Part shown: positions 57,465 through 64,000 of the stretch, piece after piece | How positions within the stretch are numbered: position 1 is the stretch's first letter | Layout of the letters: the number at the start of each line of letters is the position of its first letter | Virus record (IMG/VR): IMGVR_UViG_3300017650_000009 | From: a virus | Taxonomy: Duplodnaviria > Heunggongvirae > Uroviricota > Caudoviricetes | Length of the DNA: 64,000 bases | Direction: 5' to 3' (one strand) | Notes under the pieces: model-generated | Seen by the model: only the letters and a program-made list of their open reading frames with translations | What the model was told of the DNA's origin: nothing | Databases searched by the model: none | Program-made: the position numbers and the translations under genes

Positions 57465-57944
57465 ATGAGACTTAAATCAGACCAAATAATCCAAATATAT
57501 TTGAGTAATTTGTCTACTATGGAATTAGCCATGACATATGGTGTTTCAACTAATACTATTAGATCGATTAAGCGTAAACGTAGCCATATTGATATTACTG
57601 GTCAATTACAATTATTTCCTGGTCGACCAAAAGGAAACCGACATATACTTGATGATCAAACAGTATTGGACATATATGAGGCTACTGGTACGACACGTTG
57701 GTTCAAAGAACAATTTGGCGTATCCAAATCAGTAGTTCAAAATATAAAATTCGGTCGCACATACCAAGCCGTAACTGAAGGTCTTGGGGTACCTGGTGAG
57801 ATTAGAGTTCATTCCCTTACATGGGATGATGTATGCACGATAAGAGCAAGCAGACTTCCAACGCAAACGCTTGTGGAGCTATTTGGCGTTTCCGCTGGCA
57901 CGATTAATAATATCAAGACCGGACGCACCAGGAGCTTCAAATAA
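57465..57944 (+). CDS. triple helix-turn-helix repeat protein
   Basis: three L...Q/DV..I.......LA..(Y/F)GVS..(T/V)I..IK..R repeats. Confidence 0.75.
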   Translation: MRLKSDQIIQIYLSNLSTMELAMTYGVSTNTIRSIKRKRSHIDITGQLQLFPGRPKGNRHILDDQTVLDIYEATGTTRWFKEQFGVSKSVVQNIKFGRTYQAVTEGLGVPGEIRVHSLTWDDVCTIRASRLPTQTLVELFGVSAGTINNIKTGRTRSFK

Positions 57945-57995
57945 ATTGACAAACCACCCTATGATGTTGTTTACTTAGAACAATATTAAAGGAAT

Positions 57996-58238
57996 GTGTT
58001 TATGAAGTTTCCTCACCGAATAATTGTGAATTTCACCGAAGGCGGTTCAAAGTTAAAAATGATTCAGAAATTAAATGCATTTCTGAATCATGAAACTCGT
58101 GGCGAATATGAGCGGTATAATATTCAGAAAACCGTAAATGGTTATTCTCGTGAATTCGTGGGTATTGAACTTGCATTTGCCGACCATCAAGACGCTGTTT
58201 TATTCAAACTTGGATTTACCAATGACGACACTATTTGA
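57996..58238 (+). CDS. hypothetical protein (F....DA..FKL family)
   Basis: LAFADHQDAVLFKLGF. Confidence 0.7.
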   Translation: MFMKFPHRIIVNFTEGGSKLKMIQKLNAFLNHETRGEYERYNIQKTVNGYSREFVGIELAFADHQDAVLFKLGFTNDDTI

Positions 58239-58818
58239 TAATCTACCCGAGCTACCTTCTCTAACAGAGGAGAATGCAAAGCCGAAGAAAGCCGCCGCAG
58301 GTAAATCGTACAAGTTGGATTTATTCAAGCAAACCTTACCAGCTTTGTTTGCGTGTGATTTTGATTTCTATGATCGTTGTTCGGAAGCTGAACAGAAGGA
58401 AATCACTCCACTTATTCTAATGCGTTGGGTATCATTGTGCTTGAGTAACCAAGAGGCTGCCGTGTTCATGACAAATACATTTGTCAATGAATATTTTTGG
58501 AATCTAAGTAAGTATCCGGAGTTGCAATGGAAGTTACTTTGTGTTGCTAGTTCGGAGATAGCGAAACGTCCGCCACGTATGCAGTGGTTTCAAGCAAAGC
58601 GCTCAAATAGTAAGACGCCAAAACTTGATGCATACTTGCTGATGATAAATCCACATATAAGCGATATGGAACTTGAAATTATCAAGAATAAAATCCAATC
58701 GGAAGATGAAATCCGTGCAATGGTTCGTGAATTTGGCGAAGCAGATGCGGAAGCAAAAGATCTAATAAAGGAGTTTAAGGCACACTATGGCAAGAGCAGC
58801 AACGAAACTGAAAGCTGA
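58222..58818 (+). CDS. possible clamp-loader small subunit (gp62-like)
   Basis: D.DFYD....E.KE..P.ILMRW.S, N...N.YF..L.K.P.LQW.LL; start reassigned to 58222; tentative. Confidence 0.45.
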   Translation: MTTLFDNLPELPSLTEENAKPKKAAAGKSYKLDLFKQTLPALFACDFDFYDRCSEAEQKEITPLILMRWVSLCLSNQEAAVFMTNTFVNEYFWNLSKYPELQWKLLCVASSEIAKRPPRMQWFQAKRSNSKTPKLDAYLLMINPHISDMELEIIKNKIQSEDEIRAMVREFGEADAEAKDLIKEFKAHYGKSSNETES

Positions 58819-59506
58819 AGAAGTCAAAGCCGAGCCAATTAAACACCAGTGTGAATTTTGTAAAAAATCCTTCTCGGCCGAAAAGACTTTGTTCTCACAT
58901 ACTTGCGAGAAGAAACGTCGATGGATGTGGAAGGATGAAAAATATGCAATGCTGGGGTTCCGTGCATATCAGATTTTCTATGATATTGCACAACGCTCGA
59001 AAAAGCAAAAAACACAAGAAGACTTCATCAATTCACAGTATTATCTAGGCTTTACGAAATTCGGACGGTACTTGCAGAGCATCAATGCAATTGAGCCATA
59101 TGGATTTGTTGAGTTTTTGATTCGCTCTAATATCAAATTGGATGATTGGAGTACACCACGCGCATATGAAATATGGGTACGTGAATTGGGTAAGAAGGAA
59201 CACCCAATGAAGGCATATGAGCGTAACGTTTTACTTATGGAACAATGGGCAAAAGAAACCGGCAACGAGTGGACAGATTTCTTTCGTCTTGTGAATCCGC
59301 AGCTTGCCACGAAATGGATTGTGGGTGGACGAATAAGCCCTTGGTTATTGTATTCGGTGGGTGATTCATTAGTTGAACGCTTGAGTGACGAACAACTCAA
59401 TATGGTTAAGGAACTAATTGAGCCAAATTTTTGGTTTAAAAAGTTTGATCAATATGAGGAAGAAGTCAGTATCATCCGTGAGGAGATGAGATCCGTCGGA
59501 GTATAA
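58787..59506 (+). CDS. C2H2-like Zn-finger conserved phage protein
   Basis: CEFCKKSF..E.TL..HTCE. Confidence 0.7.
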   Translation: MARAATKLKAEEVKAEPIKHQCEFCKKSFSAEKTLFSHTCEKKRRWMWKDEKYAMLGFRAYQIFYDIAQRSKKQKTQEDFINSQYYLGFTKFGRYLQSINAIEPYGFVEFLIRSNIKLDDWSTPRAYEIWVRELGKKEHPMKAYERNVLLMEQWAKETGNEWTDFFRLVNPQLATKWIVGGRISPWLLYSVGDSLVERLSDEQLNMVKELIEPNFWFKKFDQYEEEVSIIREEMRSVGV

Positions 59507-59525
59507 CTAAGAATAAAAAGGAGCC

Positions 59526-59873
59526 GTGATGGACAATTTCTATTCAAATATGTATGGGAGCAACGGTGCTCCTAAAAAGCCCGAAACAACACCAACAACG
59601 GCCCCCACGCCCGTTGCTAAGGCTCCTATCCCGGCTCATCAACGACTTAGTGGCTTGAAGATCACAAGTTCTCATATGTTTGAGGTTGAAATCAACGGCC
59701 GAAATGTAACTATTCCTAGTGCTGCATATATTAAGTTGCTTGAGGATCAGATTAAAGAATTCCGAGCGAATTCCCGTCAACAGGCAAATCAAATTACACG
59801 TCTTACGAATGCTGTAAATAAATTGAATTCAGAATTAGACAAAGTGCGTCAATTAATACCACGCCGTAGGTAA
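59526..59873 (+). CDS. hypothetical coiled-coil protein
   Basis: GGAG RBS; 115 aa. Confidence 0.7.
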   Translation: MMDNFYSNMYGSNGAPKKPETTPTTAPTPVAKAPIPAHQRLSGLKITSSHMFEVEINGRNVTIPSAAYIKLLEDQIKEFRANSRQQANQITRLTNAVNKLNSELDKVRQLIPRRR

Positions 59874-59874
59874 C

Positions 59875-60357
59875 ATGCTCATATACTTTACAGACGAAAT
59901 AAAAAATCTAACCTGGTCATACGAATATTCTCCGCAAGATGAGATTCAAGTCGATCGATTCTGGTACACTGAGGATACACTATTGCTCCAGCTTAGTGAG
60001 ACTGATCCCTTTGTTGGTAGAACCATGTGGAGCGACTTAGATACGCTCCACTACCAAATTCTGTTACTCAAATGCTTCGATCATCTAGAGGATGATCATC
60101 CAAGTGATTCCGTTACATTGAATTTTAAGGAACCGTTTATGAGTTTTCGGTTTCTTAGTTCTGCCTTCATTAAGCAAGCCCGCATCAACGGCGTGACTGG
60201 ATTTGAGTTACTCAGCATAGTACGTAAATCCAACGGGCGACTGGCAATGGACTTCTCTAAGTCGTACAGCTTTGCATATCCATCAACTGCAATAATCGCA
60301 CCCGAACCAGCCCGCAAAATCAATCCATTCCGCATCGTTGTGGACAACTCAAAATAA
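59875..60357 (+). CDS. hypothetical protein
   Basis: 160-aa ORF within the operon. Confidence 0.65.
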   Translation: MLIYFTDEIKNLTWSYEYSPQDEIQVDRFWYTEDTLLLQLSETDPFVGRTMWSDLDTLHYQILLLKCFDHLEDDHPSDSVTLNFKEPFMSFRFLSSAFIKQARINGVTGFELLSIVRKSNGRLAMDFSKSYSFAYPSTAIIAPEPARKINPFRIVVDNSK

Positions 60358-60386
60358 TATTGTAAATCGCAAAGAATCCAAATACA

Positions 60387-60632
60387 ATGACTATTATGAA
60401 TGAACCAAAGTTTATCCATCTTAGTGAGACACCTTGTATCTTTTATTTCAACAACGATGTTTTTACGTTGCCGGGATTCAAGAAGGAAATTCTCGCCTGG
60501 TTCAAAGAACGCCAACCGGTTCATTATACTAGGAATTTAGTCAATGCTGAACGTGAAAAATATGGTGCAAGCTTTTGTATTATATTTGATTCAATCAGTG
60601 ATGCTGTTGAATTTAAAATGAGATTCGTATGA
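60387..60632 (+). CDS. hypothetical protein (F....DA..FK family)
   Basis: IIFDSISDAVEFKMRF. Confidence 0.65.
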   Translation: MTIMNEPKFIHLSETPCIFYFNNDVFTLPGFKKEILAWFKERQPVHYTRNLVNAEREKYGASFCIIFDSISDAVEFKMRFV

Positions 60633-61207
60633 AAAAGATTACCGACATTGATATCGACTTTGCTGATCGCGATCTTGCATTGGCTAAAGTAACTCATATC
60701 CCAGCAAGCATGTTGAAGGAAAATGAGCTGAAGCGACACAACGTCGGTGTATATCTGCATGACGTTCCAGTTGATCCCATCACAAATCTTTGTGCATTCG
60801 AGTATAAGCAAGCCGAGGCCAATGGATTCTTCAAGATGGACTTCCTAAATGTTGGTGTTTACAAGGATATTCGTGATCCAGCACATTTGGAAAAACTAAT
60901 GGCTACCGAGCCAATGTGGGAACTACTTGAGGATGAAACAATTGTTGATACATTGTTTCATTTGAGCGGACATTTCAATGTGGTTCAGCAAATGAAACCC
61001 CGAACCATTATGCAATTGGCAATGGTGCTTGCTATGATTCGTCCTGCAAAGCGTCATCTAGTAGGGAAGTCGTGGTCTGAAGTTGAAGCAAACATTTGGA
61101 CAGCATCTCAAGATGATTTGTTTGCGTTTAAAAAATCTCATGCAGTATCATATGCTTTGGTAATCCAAGTACAAATGAACATGCTTGTTGAGCAAGCCAG
61201 CGCATGA
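60629..61207 (+). CDS. stand-alone DNA polymerase III alpha (DnaE)-like catalytic fragment
   Basis: TDIDIDF, RH..GVY, FFKMDFL, LAMIRP, FKKSHAVSYA. Confidence 0.8.
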   Translation: MKKITDIDIDFADRDLALAKVTHIPASMLKENELKRHNVGVYLHDVPVDPITNLCAFEYKQAEANGFFKMDFLNVGVYKDIRDPAHLEKLMATEPMWELLEDETIVDTLFHLSGHFNVVQQMKPRTIMQLAMVLAMIRPAKRHLVGKSWSEVEANIWTASQDDLFAFKKSHAVSYALVIQVQMNMLVEQASA

Positions 61208-61755
61208 CAACCCGCACACAACCCTTTCCCGTAACTGATTTCCGATTTGTGGATTTTACACATTGGTATGATCCCAAGCTTTTTATTGATCCGGCTTTAC
61301 CAATCGATCATTACGTTCATAACTCGGAAGAGCATTTCGGCTATGGACATGCTGTTTCAAAGACTTGTCTTACTATTGAAGTCAATGGTAAACCAATGTT
61401 GTTTACGATGCCAAAGGGTTCGGTGGATGATGATCAATGGGCTGATGGTAAAGTATTTGATCGGCACGACTCATCCTTAACTGGAGAGTACGTCTTGTAT
61501 TTTAAATCCGAGCATTTCAACAGCGGGCTAATACATGAGATTGTTCGGGCTATGGAAGCAACCACCGGGCGTTGGTGCTTGCAATTCAAAGGATCTAAAA
61601 CGTATGGACTTGATTATAGCAGACTTCGTTTCAGTCTGTTTTCGTCCTTTGATCCACCGCATATTAGGGTAAGATTTGAACACGCGCATGATGCCGTGCT
61701 CTTTAAACTTATCTGGAAGGATGCTTCTTTACTAATTGAATCTGACGACGCTTAA
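61204..61755 (+). CDS. hypothetical protein (F....DA..FKL family)
   Basis: VRFEHAHDAVLFKLIW. Confidence 0.7.
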   Translation: MTTRTQPFPVTDFRFVDFTHWYDPKLFIDPALPIDHYVHNSEEHFGYGHAVSKTCLTIEVNGKPMLFTMPKGSVDDDQWADGKVFDRHDSSLTGEYVLYFKSEHFNSGLIHEIVRAMEATTGRWCLQFKGSKTYGLDYSRLRFSLFSSFDPPHIRVRFEHAHDAVLFKLIWKDASLLIESDDA

Positions 61756-62077
61756 TACGTTTTGCTGTTAGATCATCTAGACTCACACAGGGTCCAGCTT
61801 CAATATTAAAATCTTTTGTAATGAATGTCTTGAGGAATGGGCGGAAAACGCCCCAGCGAGGCTTTAGTGCAATATTGATTGGAAGTTGGCGATTTGTTTC
61901 CCACCACCATTCTTCGCCCAGCTCTAGGAAGAGTTTCTTCAACTCGTCAGTTGGCAAATCCCCATACACGTACATGGAAATGATTTGTGAATCACTATTG
62001 CCGACTATTCCCAGGTATTCTGTATCCACGTATGTTCCGTGGGTTAGAAAGGGGAATTTTTCTAAAGTTTTATTCAT
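61709..62077 (-). CDS. conserved phage hypothetical protein
   Basis: LGEEWWWETNRQLPINI; late promoter on the minus strand at 62117-62122. Confidence 0.75.
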   Translation of the reverse strand: MNKTLEKFPFLTHGTYVDTEYLGIVGNSDSQIISMYVYGDLPTDELKKLFLELGEEWWWETNRQLPINIALKPRWGVFRPFLKTFITKDFNIEAGPCVSLDDLTAKRIKRRQIQLVKKHPSR

Positions 62078-62151
62078 TCTTCCTAAGTCATTTTTGCTAA
62101 ATATCTAATACCGTTCTATTTATAAAAGGCTCCAACAGAGAGTAAAACGAC

Positions 62152-62958
62152 ATGGGTTCAGTGATTCTATACGAACAAAAACGACGAATTTGGTTGACCC
62201 TGGACGGTGGTGCTTTCATCAATAGGAACATGGCCATGCACAATCCAGATTTTCTAGTCTTTAAAGATTCCCAAACTGAAGTCGAATTTGTTGTCCGCAA
62301 TGTTGATCGAAAACCAATCGATCTCACTGGACGCAAAATGTTCGTTACTCTAGTGGATTATCATACCGCTGTTACACTTGCTGTTGTTCCTCTCGAAGTG
62401 GTTGATGCTAAACGTGGAATTGCTCGTTTAACATTCCTTCCGTATATGGTCAAGGACATAAAGTTGGGCTTCCACAGATATGTCGTATCTTATCAACTTG
62501 ATAATGGTAACGCAAAGCTATTGAACACTGACCAATATGAGCGAGTGAGCGGATTCTTTGAAATACGATATGGTCGTGAATTACAAGGGATCCAATCTCA
62601 GCACGCCGAGTTTAGTGAGTTCTATCCGGATAAGACAAATCGTTTTGATACTGTTTGGATCACACCAAATTTCAAGGGAAACCTCCAAAACGGTTCACTT
62701 ATCGGCCTCCACACATTCGTATTCAGCTTGGTTCATTGGACCGGCAAGGTGACGATGGAAGGCGCAATTGTTAGTGAAACACCTAAGGAAATTGATTGGT
62801 TCCCTTTACTCATTGATGAACAACGCGACCAAACATATGTGGACCGTTCCGGTCTTTGTGCGTATAACTTGAATGCTAATTTGCAATGGATTCGCTTTAA
62901 ATTTGTCCCTGATATCCGCAACAATGGCGAAATTAAAAAGGTAAGTTTACGTCACTAA
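62152..62958 (+). CDS. putative virion/baseplate structural protein
   Basis: EFVVRNVDRKPIDLTG...G.ARL beta-sandwich pattern; late promoter at 62098. Confidence 0.65.
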   Translation: MGSVILYEQKRRIWLTLDGGAFINRNMAMHNPDFLVFKDSQTEVEFVVRNVDRKPIDLTGRKMFVTLVDYHTAVTLAVVPLEVVDAKRGIARLTFLPYMVKDIKLGFHRYVVSYQLDNGNAKLLNTDQYERVSGFFEIRYGRELQGIQSQHAEFSEFYPDKTNRFDTVWITPNFKGNLQNGSLIGLHTFVFSLVHWTGKVTMEGAIVSETPKEIDWFPLLIDEQRDQTYVDRSGLCAYNLNANLQWIRFKFVPDIRNNGEIKKVSLRH

Positions 62959-63040
62959 GCTGTTGATTTTAATTGACTATTAGGGCATATCTATCTTATA
63001 TTCTAAATATAAAAATAAGAACTATAAGAAGAGGTAGATA

Positions 63041-64000
63041 ATGCCCATTGATTTCTCGCAGCGTTATTCTGACTACGCTCGATTTCTTCCTGCTGTCAGC
63101 GAAATGTATACCAGATTCGTTGTCAACCCGAACCCAAAGCGAGTAAGCCCAATATCGCAGAGCGATCTGGATTTCTTGAATCCAAATACTAATCTGTGGT
63201 ACCTACCTTGCTCGCTTTATTCGGCTGGCCAAGCTGCAAAGTCAGCAGGTGCAGCCAAACGCAAAGACATGATTACTGGTCGTACAAATAAGAATACAAC
63301 CATTCTTGGCGATTCTGGCGGATTCCAAATCCAGCAAGGTTCTATCAAGTTCAAAGGCGATGAGACGCGCGAGCGTATGATGCGTTGGCTTGAAGAGAAC
63401 TGTGACTGGTCTATGATTCTCGACTTCCCAACTGGTGGTATCAACATGGGTACTATCGAACCACATATGAATCGCCTACTTGCTGATGGTGATACTTATG
63501 AGTTCAAGTTTCCGGATGGCAAAACTGAAGTTATGGATCTCAAGCGGTTTGCTGAAGTTATGGAGTTTGATCTCAACGATCAACAATCAGGTGGATTCGC
63601 CACTTGTATGTTCCAGACTCTAGTGAACAACGTTTATTTCCAACAGCATCGCAAGCCTGAGGCAACAAAATTCCTAAATGTTGTTCAGGGTCGTAATGCT
63701 GAGGAATCAAAGTCTTGGTACGAACAGGTCAAGGATTTCAAATTCGATGGATGGTCACTTGCTGGTCCTCACAAGGAAAAGTTTGATATGACTCTCGCTC
63801 GACTCCTGGATATGCGCCGGGATGGTCTCCTAGAGGGCAAAGACTGGATGCATATTCTGGGTGTGGGTAAGCTTGCTAATGGTTGTGCTTATACGACAAT
63901 GCAACGTATGATTCGTAAGCACGACAATCCAAATTTTACAATTTCCTACGACGTATCAAGTCCATTTACTACGGCTGCATACGGTAACCTATTTTTAGGT
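63041..64000 (+). CDS. tRNA-guanine transglycosylase-like (TGT/DpdA family), truncated by the window end
   Basis: open frame from ATG 63041 to the end (absent from the track): ILGDSGGFQI, MILDFP, VVQG, HILG, SYDVSS. Confidence 0.8.
   Translation, partial: MPIDFSQRYSDYARFLPAVSEMYTRFVVNPNPKRVSPISQSDLDFLNPNTNLWYLPCSLYSAGQAAKSAGAAKRKDMITGRTNKNTTILGDSGGFQIQQGSIKFKGDETRERMMRWLEENCDWSMILDFPTGGINMGTIEPHMNRLLADGDTYEFKFPDGKTEVMDLKRFAEVMEFDLNDQQSGGFATCMFQTLVNNVYFQQHRKPEATKFLNVVQGRNAEESKSWYEQVKDFKFDGWSLAGPHKEKFDMTLARLLDMRRDGLLEGKDWMHILGVGKLANGCAYTTMQRMIRKHDNPNFTISYDVSSPFTTAAYGNLFLG

Noticed and set aside
1-64000. CRISPR array, tRNA genes, inteins or introns in nrdA, terL, uvsW
   Set aside because: I saw no regularly spaced repeats or tRNA cloverleaf, and these genes are of normal length and uninterrupted.
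1-64000. Alternative genetic code (stop-codon reassignment)
   Set aside because: Core genes are full length and densely packed under the standard code.

Overview
This window is a 64 kb internal segment of a large T4-like (jumbo-type) myophage genome, not a cellular chromosome. It holds virion genes (tail sheath, tube, tube paralog, neck gp13/gp14, gp15-like, gp4, large terminase, fibres), a replication/recombination block (gp32, UvsX, UvsY, UvsW, a stand-alone DnaE catalytic fragment), class Ia ribonucleotide reductase with glutaredoxin, a dNMP kinase and an endolysin. T4-style late promoter cores (TAAATA) precede structural genes and sigma70-type promoters precede accessory genes. PncB and a DUF4170-like protein suggest an alphaproteobacterial host. 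The main highlights are: (1) a ~370-nt promoter-and-terminator-bounded, tetraloop-rich noncoding RNA between the sheath gene and a phage Ro60/TROVE gene; (2) two tandem bulged-C hairpins in the Ro60 leader that mimic the Y-RNA Ro-binding helix; (3) a four-enzyme deamidating NAD+ salvage cluster (PncA, PncB, NadM-like, NadE) with a Nudix hydrolase, distinct from NARP1/NARP2; (4) a fibre operon whose Ig-like domains are split across gene boundaries; (5) a TGT/DpdA-like gene truncated at the window end. All family assignments come from motif recognition by eye; no database searches or folding programs were run.
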